Shown here piece by piece: positions 20,896 through 29,761 of a stretch of 64,000 nucleotides of DNA; position 1 is the first letter of the stretch, and every line of letters starts with the position of its first letter. The position numbers and the translations under genes are program-made. This DNA comes from Chloroflexota bacterium (GTDB taxonomy: Bacteria > Chloroflexota > Anaerolineae > Aggregatilineales > J027): assembly GCA_003697365.1 (NCBI GenBank), contig RFGP01000056.1, positions 463-64,462 on the forward strand, read 5' to 3'. Under the pieces are notes generated by a model. It did not search any database. It was not told the DNA's origin and worked only from the letters and a program-made list of their open reading frames with translations.

Positions 20896-21906
20896 ATGGC
20901 TAAAATTGAAGTTCGTGTGATTGATAGTGCAGGTAATCAAACTTATTTACCGCTTCCCAACGATAGGCCATTAAATGAGCTTATTCCGGCTATTGTGACT
21001 TTGCTCGATCTAAACACTGCTTTGTCATATCGCATTTTTGCTCCACGCTTTCAGCGGGTTTTGATCGGCACACAGAGCTTATATGCCAATGGCATTCAAG
21101 ATAGCGATACTATTCGGCTTGTTACCCCTCCCCAAACTACACAAGTTGAACTCGAACTTCTTGATGAACCTAGTCCCGGCGCACGTCTAGCACTTCCTCA
21201 ACAAAACATCGTTAAAATCGGGCGCGGTTCTATCAATGACATTGTTATTGCGCACCCTTCCATTAGCCGTGAACATGGCGAGTTTATTTGGCAAGATGGT
21301 ATACATATCTTCCGTGATCTAAACTCAGCCAATGGCAGCATGATTAATAATCAAGTTGTATCAGAACCTACGCCGATTAGTCTTGGCTCAATTTTAACCT
21401 TAGGGGATAGTGTGCGCCTTGTTTATCAAGAAATATCTCCCCACTACGATATTGGTGTTGAGGAAACCAATGCTCAAATAGGTATGGATAGTAGCACAAC
21501 CACCAAACTAAACCCTTTGCCTAGTGGGTTAGTGTTTTTGAGCTATCACCCCAGTGATATGGTTTTAGCCAAGCGCATTGTGCAAGTGTTACGAGAGGCA
21601 AATTATCACGTGTTTTGGGCGGAAGAGATTCCACCGGGCAGCAATTTTCAAGAAGCGTTACGAAACGCTTTACGCTTATCTGATGCCCTAGTAGCAATCT
21701 TAACACCAGCAGCACTTGAAAACAGCAACCTCATCGATCAATGGCATGAGTTCTTCTTAATGCGCCGCCCAATGGTATCACTGGTCTATCAAAAATCAGA
21801 AGACTTGCCACATATTTTCTTAGAACATCCTGTCGTAGAATTCAAAGGAGATGTCAACCGTCTTGCCCAAGAAACAGTTGACACCTTAAAAAATATTATG
21901 TCTTAG
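20896..21906 (+). CDS. beta-grasp (YukD/ubiquitin-like) - FHA - TIR domain protein
   Basis: Residues 1-78 are beta-grasp-like ('KIEVRVIDSAGNQTYLPLPNDRPLNELIPAIV...DSDTIRLV'). FHA core: G109-R110, S123-R-E-H126, N145-G146. C-terminal residues ~211-336 are TIR_2-like ('VFLSYHPSD', 'VAILTPAALENSNLIDQWHEF'), with Glu285 where TIR catalytic Glu sits. Confidence 0.7.
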   Translation: MAKIEVRVIDSAGNQTYLPLPNDRPLNELIPAIVTLLDLNTALSYRIFAPRFQRVLIGTQSLYANGIQDSDTIRLVTPPQTTQVELELLDEPSPGARLALPQQNIVKIGRGSINDIVIAHPSISREHGEFIWQDGIHIFRDLNSANGSMINNQVVSEPTPISLGSILTLGDSVRLVYQEISPHYDIGVEETNAQIGMDSSTTTKLNPLPSGLVFLSYHPSDMVLAKRIVQVLREANYHVFWAEEIPPGSNFQEALRNALRLSDALVAILTPAALENSNLIDQWHEFFLMRRPMVSLVYQKSEDLPHIFLEHPVVEFKGDVNRLAQETVDTLKNIMS

Positions 21907-23350
21907 CAGCTTTATCACGCACTAAATGTTGTGCGGTAGATAATAGTTCGTTCATCAAACTTTCCGAAGTTGCCTCAGCATATAAACGTAACACTGGCTC
22001 TGTACCGCTTGGACGAATGAGGAGCCAACTGTCATCAGCCAATACAAACTTGATGCCATCATAGGTCTGAATATCTTTTACTCGTTCACCACCTATCACT
22101 GATGGCGCATGATCAACCAAAAACTGTACCATTGTCTTCTTATCAATTGGATATTGCAAATATTGATCAATACGCTTGTAGTGTGTGGGGCCAAACTGAT
22201 TTTGCAAATCATCAATAATTTCATGTAAAGGTACTGAACGCCCGGCTGCTGCTATAACTTCCAATAGAAGTAAGCCCATTAGCACACCATCCCCTTCGGG
22301 GATATGCCCTTTTATGCTAATACCCCCTGATTCTTCGCCACCAATTAATACATCACCATTGAGCATATACTCTGAAATGTGGTTAAAACCAACTGGTGTT
22401 TCGTGTACTTTTAAGCCATACTTCGCTGCGATACGATTTACCATTGCAGTTGTGCTCACTGTTTTAACAACATCGCCCGTCATACCGCGCTTTTCAACAA
22501 GATGGCGCAAGCACAACGCAATAATTTGGTGAGGACTCACAAAGCGCCCATTTTGATCCATAGCGCCAACACGATCGGCATCGCCATCTGTTGCAATTCC
22601 CACGTCTGCATGGTCTTGTCGTATAGCAGCAGCTAATAGGTCTAAGTTGCGCTCAATAGGTTCTGGGTGAATATGTTCAAAACCCGGATTCATATATCCA
22701 CGAATCTCACGGACACGGCATCTTGTACGACTCAATACATCGCGCAAAGCACCACGGCCAGAACCAAACATTGGATCAGCGATGACCCGTAACTCACCTT
22801 CAGAGATAGTATCCATGTCCAGCAACGATGTAATATGCTCATAATAAGTCCAAGAAGGATCAAAGCGATGAATAATGCCATCTTCAATGCCACGCTGCAG
22901 TTCCATAACATGAGGTGTTCGTCGTTGAGAGAAATTTTTCTGTAGGTATTCTTCAACTCGACGGGCAGCTTCTGGAGGAGCAGAACCGCCATAAGCAGCT
23001 TTCAGCTTAAACCCATTGTAACGCGGGGGATTATGGCTTGCTGTGATCATCACTCCAGCTAAAGCATTTTTAGCTTTCACATTATAAGACAAAGCTGGAG
23101 TTGGCGTATCGGCGCGCGTCAACCAAGTTTCAATACCATTAGCCGCCATAACCCGTGCTACCTCTGCCGCAAAACGATCTGATAAAAAGCGTGTATCAAA
23201 ACCAATGACGATAGAAGGCTTTTCACCCGCTGGTAACAAATCATTGAGAATATAGTCAGCGACAGCTTGCGATACAAGCCGCACATTTTCAAAGGTAAAT
23301 TCATCTGCAATAACTGCTCGCCAGCCGTCTGTACCAAATTTTATACTCAT
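21896..23350 (-). CDS. phosphohexomutase (phosphoglucomutase/phosphomannomutase family)
   Basis: 'FGTDGWR', active-site 'TASHNPPRYNGFK', metal loop 'TDGDADR', 'GGEESGG', 'RPSGTEP'. ATG 23350 preceded by GAAAGGG. 3' end overlaps the convergent TIR gene by 11 nt. Confidence 0.85.
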   Translation of the reverse strand: MSIKFGTDGWRAVIADEFTFENVRLVSQAVADYILNDLLPAGEKPSIVIGFDTRFLSDRFAAEVARVMAANGIETWLTRADTPTPALSYNVKAKNALAGVMITASHNPPRYNGFKLKAAYGGSAPPEAARRVEEYLQKNFSQRRTPHVMELQRGIEDGIIHRFDPSWTYYEHITSLLDMDTISEGELRVIADPMFGSGRGALRDVLSRTRCRVREIRGYMNPGFEHIHPEPIERNLDLLAAAIRQDHADVGIATDGDADRVGAMDQNGRFVSPHQIIALCLRHLVEKRGMTGDVVKTVSTTAMVNRIAAKYGLKVHETPVGFNHISEYMLNGDVLIGGEESGGISIKGHIPEGDGVLMGLLLLEVIAAAGRSVPLHEIIDDLQNQFGPTHYKRIDQYLQYPIDKKTMVQFLVDHAPSVIGGERVKDIQTYDGIKFVLADDSWLLIRPSGTEPVLRLYAEATSESLMNELLSTAQHLVRDKAAKT

Positions 23351-23364
23351 ATAAGCCCTTTCTT

Positions 23365-24393
23365 TCAGGATAACCATAAAATGACAGCGGTTGCGTCATC
23401 ATGTAATTTGAAGCGTGGGTATTGTTCATGGGCACTGTCGGTTCGTTCGGCTTGTCGCAACGCAGCAATATATTCTAGTAGCCCATCTTGGCGAATGCGC
23501 TGCCACATTTGCCGCACACGCTTATCATAGTCTTGCTCGGTTTCATGCAAAGTTGCCGGCCACCAAAAACCATCACTAATCACCATCACAGCTTCAGCAT
23601 CTTGAATCATCGCAATACCGCTCTTAATGTAGTCTTCCAGCTCTGGTAATCCGTTCACAACCCCGACACCGCGTTCAGGAACAGTTTTTCCTTGCTCATC
23701 AACATAATTATGATAAATACGATGATCACGATCCAAAGCTCGTATAAAAGGATCATCAAGAGCATCTTTCATGCTTGTTTGTCGCTTTAAGGCCGTTTGG
23801 CTAGCAAGCGCCAATGCAGATTCATAATCCATTAGTGGTTGTTTGTGGCGCGTAGGAACTTCTACATGTCCATCATCGTAGCAAATTAATAGCGCAGTAT
23901 CTCCAGCATGAGCGTAACGCAGTAAACCCACATCAGTATCAATAGTCACCACAGTTAATACAGCAGCAGGTAAAAATAATCGAAACTTACGCGGGTCGTT
24001 TAACAACTCTTGGCTAGTAGGCTGTATTTGTTTGATCTGCTCTACATCAAAAATGCCGGGAGCTACTTCATCCAACAATTGTCGCAAAGCATCATTAGCA
24101 CGCAAAATTAACTCGCGTGGATCAATATCGTCATTATGCCCTTGCCCCAACATTGCTAAAATTGCGTCTCGTGTAACTGTAGCAGCAAGCGATGCGGGGG
24201 TGATATTGTTGCGCTGTGTGGTTAAATAATGTTGCAATGGTGCAAAGTTCGCTACAGAAGTTGCGCCATCTATTGCGGCTAAAACATAGCGCGGTTGTCC
24301 ATCATCACGTTGATATGCAACAAAAGCATCTTCATTAGGGCGTTCTGAAACACCTTGACTAATTGCTTGAAGCATCATTTGTCTTATCCTCAC
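23365..24393 (-). CDS. PP2C-family (PP2C_2-like) Ser/Thr phosphatase
   Basis: 'RPNEDAF', 'AAIDGATS', 'HAGDTALL', 'VISDGFW', 'HDDATAVIL'. GTG start overlaps the upstream stop (GTGA). Confidence 0.65.
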   Translation of the reverse strand: MRIRQMMLQAISQGVSERPNEDAFVAYQRDDGQPRYVLAAIDGATSVANFAPLQHYLTTQRNNITPASLAATVTRDAILAMLGQGHNDDIDPRELILRANDALRQLLDEVAPGIFDVEQIKQIQPTSQELLNDPRKFRLFLPAAVLTVVTIDTDVGLLRYAHAGDTALLICYDDGHVEVPTRHKQPLMDYESALALASQTALKRQTSMKDALDDPFIRALDRDHRIYHNYVDEQGKTVPERGVGVVNGLPELEDYIKSGIAMIQDAEAVMVISDGFWWPATLHETEQDYDKRVRQMWQRIRQDGLLEYIAALRQAERTDSAHEQYPRFKLHDDATAVILWLS

Positions 24394-25289
24394 TCGTCTT
24401 CAAAAGGCCAAGTGGGTAAGGGTTCTCTATGCATAATCCATTCTCTAGGAATTCCCGATACCCCAACAGCACAAGCAACTATACCACCCACCATTGCGCA
24501 AGTGGTATCTATATCTCCTGCGGCAAGTGCTGTATGCCATAAAGCAGCTTCAAAGTCCTTCAAATAATGTGCAGACATCCATAACACTAGCGGCACCGTA
24601 TCTTGGGCTGATACCAAACTACCATTACCAAGTATTGCGACAAGTTCTTTTAAAGATGTTTCTTTGGGCAATGTTCGGGCAATTTCAACTTTATTTTTTA
24701 CCGTGCTCTCTGGAATATGTGATGAGATCATGCTTAAAAAAGCATCACTTGTTAATGCGTCATGTTGATGTTGCCAAGCAATAGCAGCACCAACTGCGAC
24801 GGCAATCGCTCCAGCAATTCCTTCTGGATGAGTATGAGTAATAACCGATGAACGTTGTGCATTTTCAATGAGTGCATCCATATCATCCGCAAAAAAAGCA
24901 CCTAAAGGTGCTATACGCATAGCAGCACCGTTCCCATAAGAGCCCTTTCCGCCAAAAAGCTGTGGCGATATTTCTTGCCAGTGATACCCACTTTGAATAG
25001 CACTTAATAAACGAGCGGCCCCCATGCCATAACCGCGCCCCCAATCAAAATGCTTAGCGAAACTTTGGGCCAAGTCGGTTTGCACAATTTCGCCATATTT
25101 ACGCAAATTCTCATAGATTGACAGCGCCATATTGGTATCATCTGTCCAAGCCCAAACGCCATCAGGCACAATGCGATTCGTGACAATATGCTCCAAATTT
25201 CGCGCTTGGCTTGCAAGTTTCTCGCCAAAGCTATCGCCAACAGATAATCCCTCTAAAGCAATTCGCGCACGTGACAGCCGCTCATCCAT
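24390..25289 (-). CDS. ADP-ribosylglycohydrolase family protein
   Basis: 'GLSVGDSFG', 'WTDDTNMAL', 'AAGDIDTTCAMVGG' (binuclear-metal ligand motifs of the ARH/DraG family). ATG shares one base with the upstream stop (TAATG). Confidence 0.8.
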   Translation of the reverse strand: MDERLSRARIALEGLSVGDSFGEKLASQARNLEHIVTNRIVPDGVWAWTDDTNMALSIYENLRKYGEIVQTDLAQSFAKHFDWGRGYGMGAARLLSAIQSGYHWQEISPQLFGGKGSYGNGAAMRIAPLGAFFADDMDALIENAQRSSVITHTHPEGIAGAIAVAVGAAIAWQHQHDALTSDAFLSMISSHIPESTVKNKVEIARTLPKETSLKELVAILGNGSLVSAQDTVPLVLWMSAHYLKDFEAALWHTALAAGDIDTTCAMVGGIVACAVGVSGIPREWIMHREPLPTWPFEDE

Positions 25290-26656
25290 TAAAAATTCTC
25301 CACTTCGGGATAAACTTCTCGCAGCCATGCTACTAGCTGCTCTTTATAAGCTAGAGCTTCTGCTTCCGTATAGGCTTCAAAGCGCAAGCTCAAAACAGGT
25401 TCAGTGCCAGAAGGTCGCAAAAGCCCCCAACCATTCGGGAAAATAACCCTCAAACCATCAACATCAACGCAAGGTAAATTTCCTATTCGTTCTTTCACAC
25501 CAGCAATGACAGCGCTTTTGCGTTCCTCTGGGCAATAAGGACGATACTCAGGAGTTGTGAATAGATGAGGAAGTTCAGCAACTTGTGTAGATAAGGGCTT
25601 TCCACGTTCAGCAAGTAATTCTACAATTCGAGCAGCAGCATATATTCCATCGTCAAATCCAAAATATCGATCCGCAAAGAACATATGCCCGCTGCTCTCG
25701 CCGCCTAAAACTGCCCCTTCGCGTTGCATCTTATCTTTTATGCGCGCATGACCAGATTGCCACAGAATCGGTGTGCCACCATATTTTTTTACAACATCAA
25801 AAACAGCTTGGCTGCTCAAAACATCGCCAACAAATATGCCACCACCATTACGCGGAATAATATCTGTTGCGAGCCACGCCATGATCTTATCCGCAGAAAT
25901 TAGCTCGCCGTTTTCATCCACCACACCTACCCGATCAGCATCTCCATCGAAGGCTAGACCTATATCAGCGCCTACTTCACGAACTTTAGCTGCCAATTCA
26001 GCAACATTTGCTGCTTTTTCAGGGTTAGGGTGATGATTCGGAAAAGTACCATCAGGTTCACAGTAAAGCTCAATAACTTCGTGCCCCATACGGCGCAAAA
26101 CTATGGGGGCATAAGGGCCACCCATGCCATTACCAGCATCCACCACAATTTTTAACTTCGGTGTAAAACGATATGCCGAGCCTAAATAGCTCAAGTAATT
26201 TTGGCTAACATCAAGATATTTATAGGCATTGGCAGGCGCGCTCTCAAAGTCATCATCTTCGATAATAGCGCGTAGTGTTTGAATCTCTTCCCCATATATG
26301 ACTCGGCGACCGACCACCATTTTAAAGCCATTATATTCTTTTCCTAAATGGCTTGCCGTGATCATAATACCTGCTACTCCCATGCGTAACGCAGCCCAAT
26401 ATAAAACAGGTGTTGAGACCATGCCAATATCATAAGTATCAACACCAGCTGTTTGTAGGCCACTTGTCAACATGCTTCGCAAATCGTCAGAACTAGTACG
26501 CATATCGTAGCCAACTAAAACGCGATCTTGTCGATACTGACGCTTGATATAAGTTCCAAACGCACGCCCGATATACATAGCATCATGAGCTGTAAGTTCC
26601 TCTCCCACTTTGCCACGAATATCATACGTTTTGAAAATACGAGGGTTAATGTCCAT
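25289..26656 (-). CDS. phosphomannomutase/phosphoglucomutase family protein (variant active-site loop)
   Basis: 'IFKTYDIRG', 'TASHLGKEYNGFK' (family consensus SHNP), 'FDGDADR', 'GGESSGH', 'RPSGTEP'. ATG lies 1 nt after the upstream stop. Confidence 0.8.
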   Translation of the reverse strand: MDINPRIFKTYDIRGKVGEELTAHDAMYIGRAFGTYIKRQYRQDRVLVGYDMRTSSDDLRSMLTSGLQTAGVDTYDIGMVSTPVLYWAALRMGVAGIMITASHLGKEYNGFKMVVGRRVIYGEEIQTLRAIIEDDDFESAPANAYKYLDVSQNYLSYLGSAYRFTPKLKIVVDAGNGMGGPYAPIVLRRMGHEVIELYCEPDGTFPNHHPNPEKAANVAELAAKVREVGADIGLAFDGDADRVGVVDENGELISADKIMAWLATDIIPRNGGGIFVGDVLSSQAVFDVVKKYGGTPILWQSGHARIKDKMQREGAVLGGESSGHMFFADRYFGFDDGIYAAARIVELLAERGKPLSTQVAELPHLFTTPEYRPYCPEERKSAVIAGVKERIGNLPCVDVDGLRVIFPNGWGLLRPSGTEPVLSLRFEAYTEAEALAYKEQLVAWLREVYPEVENF

Positions 26657-26657
26657 G

Positions 26658-27977
26658 CTATTCTTCACTCACTTTACCTGTAGCATCGACCAAGCGCGTT
26701 TCTTGTAAGCTATATAAACGTTGCCCCTCCAAAATATCTTGCGTCACATTGGTAAAAGCACCGACTTCGGCCCCAGCTCCTATTTTTACACCCGGCATAG
26801 TGCCAGACTGAATACCAATAAATGCGCCTTCTCCAATCATTGCACCCAATTTATTTCGCCCCGTAACTAGGCGTTCGCCTTTTACAGAGCTTTTTACAAA
26901 GCCTCCATCAATACGCAGATTTGCCGTAATACACCCCGCTGAAAAATTGACGCGATCTTCAAACACACTATCAAGTACAACGGCACGATGTAAGTTGACT
27001 CCTTGCCCTAGCCAACTTCGCGCAACTTCACTAACATGCCCAACAACACTTTTTTCGCCGATCATACTCTCACGTACAAGAGCCCCATTTCCAACAATTG
27101 CATCTGGCCCAATATAAGCTGGCCCAACCACAGAAGCACCATGAAACAAGCGTGCACCAGCTTCAATAATAACATTTCCACTAATAGATACTTCTCCCAG
27201 TATTTTTGCTTCTGGGTGAATGTGTTGCCCATCAATATGGTCTAGATAAAATTTCATAACATCAAGCACATGCCAAGGATACTTGATAGGATGCCATTTT
27301 CCATCATAACGTACACACTCAAAGCGATAATCATTCATCATGGCAGCCATAGCCACTTCATAATGATCATCGTGTGGATGATTAGATGCATACAAACGAT
27401 GAATATGTTCAAACAAAATCGCTGTTTCAGTATGCACATGTGCAACAATATTTACCACATTAGAAGGTTCATGTCCGATGCTCGGTTTTTCTTGAATGCC
27501 AACAATACGTTGCCCATCATCACCTAAGACCAAGTAGCCGCCCGGGAAATATGTACTAACCTCAAAACCTGTTAAATATGCATGGGCACGCCCTGACTGG
27601 GCGGCTTCATAGAGTCTATGGTGCAGTTGGGCTTCTACAACATCATTCACTTGGCAAATATAAATTGGAGGGTATCCAGCTTCACGCAATAAATCTTCAG
27701 CCTGCAAAATAGCATGACCCATACCAAGGGGTTCTTGTTGAACAACAACGTTATAGGAAATCGTGCTTTCCAATGCCGCCATTGCATTTACGATCAAGGA
27801 ATAATTAGCAGGATTTGCGATGATAATTGCATTTTGAAAGCCCGCTTCTGCGTAAACTTTTAGTTGGCGAGTAAGAAGTGGCTCATTCATAAATGTATAC
27901 AAAGATTTTTCGCGTAATGGCCAAAATCGGCTATTGGCCCCACCCGCAAGAACAATGGCTATAGGGGACTGCGACAT
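26658..27977 (-). CDS. sugar-1-phosphate nucleotidyltransferase with C-terminal left-handed beta-helix
   Basis: 'IVLAGGANSRFWPL' (compare ManC 'AGGSGTRLWPL'). Hexapeptide-repeat-like C-terminal half ('IGEGAFIGIQSGTMPGVKIGAGAEVG'). AGGAGG 4 nt upstream of ATG 27977. Confidence 0.7.
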   Translation of the reverse strand: MSQSPIAIVLAGGANSRFWPLREKSLYTFMNEPLLTRQLKVYAEAGFQNAIIIANPANYSLIVNAMAALESTISYNVVVQQEPLGMGHAILQAEDLLREAGYPPIYICQVNDVVEAQLHHRLYEAAQSGRAHAYLTGFEVSTYFPGGYLVLGDDGQRIVGIQEKPSIGHEPSNVVNIVAHVHTETAILFEHIHRLYASNHPHDDHYEVAMAAMMNDYRFECVRYDGKWHPIKYPWHVLDVMKFYLDHIDGQHIHPEAKILGEVSISGNVIIEAGARLFHGASVVGPAYIGPDAIVGNGALVRESMIGEKSVVGHVSEVARSWLGQGVNLHRAVVLDSVFEDRVNFSAGCITANLRIDGGFVKSSVKGERLVTGRNKLGAMIGEGAFIGIQSGTMPGVKIGAGAEVGAFTNVTQDILEGQRLYSLQETRLVDATGKVSEE

Positions 27978-28070
27978 GTAACCTCCTAACGACTTTTGTA
28001 CTATGAGTATACAGTGCACACACTTATACCATCACTACAACGCAAAATCCAATAGCTGTATAACGCTTCC

Positions 28071-28101
28071 AAAAAAAAATGAGCGCCATTGTGCGCTCAT
28101 T
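28071..28101 (-). terminator. rho-independent terminator of the LysM-hydrolase gene
   Basis: On the minus strand: 9-bp stem aatgagcgc/gcgctcatt, 6-nt loop, then a U-run (A9 on the plus strand). Lies 25 nt past the stop. Confidence 0.85.
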
Positions 28102-28125
28102 AAAATATTTTTGAATTGTAGATAA

Positions 28126-29583
28126 TTAACGTACAGCAGCAGCCAAAGTACTACATGCTGGGCAGCTACCATCTGGACGCACAATCGCATATCCCCCTTG
28201 TGGATCATCGCCATATTGCGTAAAGTCGACATTCCAAACGATCATCAAAGGTACACGCCCACTGCTACGAGAAAGCGCCGCAGCTTCACCTAGCCATTGT
28301 GCTTGTTCGGCAACTGAAGTATCAGCGGCCCAAGCAAACGCCCCCGGTAATGGCCCATAACCTTCAGGCGATAAATATCCAAGTTCTGTCCAGCAAACAG
28401 GTTTTTGCCCGCCAAAGGCATTATAGTAAGTGTCCAACATGCCATAAAAATAGCGGGTATAATACGGATTACGCGGATCACCACTGCGTTGTGTTGGGCT
28501 AATAATGCCCTCGTTGTAATGTGCACCAACACAATCTAAATAGTTTGTTGCACCAGCGGCGCGCATTTGTTGAATAAATGGTAAATCGTCACATCCATTT
28601 GCTGTACAGCCACCAAAAAAGCCTGTTGGTGCTGGAGCACCACTAATAACCCACACATTTGGGTTTGCCGCTTTGATAGCGTTATAGGCTTTTTGTAGCA
28701 AAATCGTATAGTTGGTTCCACTAATTGCGCCTACAGGCCATTCATTGGGCAAATTAGGCTCATTCCAAATTTCAATGGCATTCGGCCCTAAAGCAGCCAC
28801 CTGCCCTACAAAAGCAGCATACTCATTTGTGTATTGCTCAAAGTCTCCCATTTGAGCGGGCACGCCTACGATACTCAATAAGATATTAAAACCATTGTTG
28901 CGCGCGGCCTGTATGGCATTAGCCGCTGCAGCAGTACCCTCACCACGATTCCAGCGGATTTGTTGTTTAACCCAAGTCATCCCTGCCGAACGCATTGCGC
29001 CTACTTGTCCATAACCCTGAATATGTCCTCCCAAAGCAAAACCACTGGGAGCAGGCCCACTTGGTGGTGGTGAAGGGGGACTTGGAGCGGGATCAGTCGA
29101 TGGTGGAGGCGGTGCACTGCCGCCGGGTAGATTAATGACTTGTCCAGCATAGATCAGGCTAGGATTAGGTATCACATTAATCGCTAAAATAGCGCTTAGA
29201 GTGGTATTAAAGCGCCTCGCAATACGAGATAAATTATCACCGGGTTGTACAACGTAGGTACCTCCGGGTGCGGGCTGTGGCGCAGGCTGTTGTGGCGGTT
29301 CAGTCGAAGGAGGTGAGGGAGGCGTTGCGCCTGTAGGAATGACCAATACCTGCCCAACATAGATAAGATTGGGGTTCGGGATACCATTAGCGGCAACAAT
29401 CGCCCCCACAGTTGTATTGAACCGCAATGAGATTCGATATAAATTATCGCCGGGTTGTACAACATAGGTCGTTTGACTGCCATCTTGAGCTGCCACACGC
29501 TCAGAGGGAGATAAAGCAAATACTAAAGTTATTATCAGGATGCCGCCAACAGCATAACGCCACCAATTCTTAAATTCAAACAT
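28126..29583 (-). CDS. secreted 2xLysM - Pro-rich linker - clan GH-A glycoside hydrolase
   Basis: TM/signal helix. Two LysM repeats ('YVVQPGDNLxRI..RFNTT...IPNPxLIYxGQV'). PPSP-rich linkers. 'IEIWNEPN' (acid/base Glu context) and 'CWTELGY' (nucleophile Glu context). AAGGA 7 nt before ATG 29583. Strong terminator downstream. Confidence 0.7.
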   Translation of the reverse strand: MFEFKNWWRYAVGGILIITLVFALSPSERVAAQDGSQTTYVVQPGDNLYRISLRFNTTVGAIVAANGIPNPNLIYVGQVLVIPTGATPPSPPSTEPPQQPAPQPAPGGTYVVQPGDNLSRIARRFNTTLSAILAINVIPNPSLIYAGQVINLPGGSAPPPPSTDPAPSPPSPPPSGPAPSGFALGGHIQGYGQVGAMRSAGMTWVKQQIRWNRGEGTAAAANAIQAARNNGFNILLSIVGVPAQMGDFEQYTNEYAAFVGQVAALGPNAIEIWNEPNLPNEWPVGAISGTNYTILLQKAYNAIKAANPNVWVISGAPAPTGFFGGCTANGCDDLPFIQQMRAAGATNYLDCVGAHYNEGIISPTQRSGDPRNPYYTRYFYGMLDTYYNAFGGQKPVCWTELGYLSPEGYGPLPGAFAWAADTSVAEQAQWLGEAAALSRSSGRVPLMIVWNVDFTQYGDDPQGGYAIVRPDGSCPACSTLAAAVR

Positions 29584-29761
29584 AATCTTATCCTTCACAA
29601 GCTGCTTTGAACATAAATACATTTTCTATCATAGAGGATTTTTAGACAAATGTGCTTGACGTATTAAATACGCATTTTCCCTAAAATTTAGGAGAGCTTT
29701 TAACACCCGTTCTCAGTTATCCTATAAAGGCAAGCATAAAAGATTTGGAAGGCTTCACATT

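Noticed and set aside
18619-21906. Canonical Thoeris or other known TIR defence system
   Set aside because: No ThsA-type (SIR2/Macro/SLOG) effector, no second TIR gene and no mobile-element context are present. The neighbours are ordinary signalling genes. The region is kept only as an uncharacterised TIR architecture.
26658-27977. ADP-glucose pyrophosphorylase (GlgC) assignment for the nucleotidyltransferase-LbH protein
   Set aside because: The domain layout is compatible, but the N-terminal signature ('AGGANSRFWPL') looks closer to the mannose-1-phosphate guanylyltransferase type than to GlgC. Specificity cannot be called from sequence by eye.
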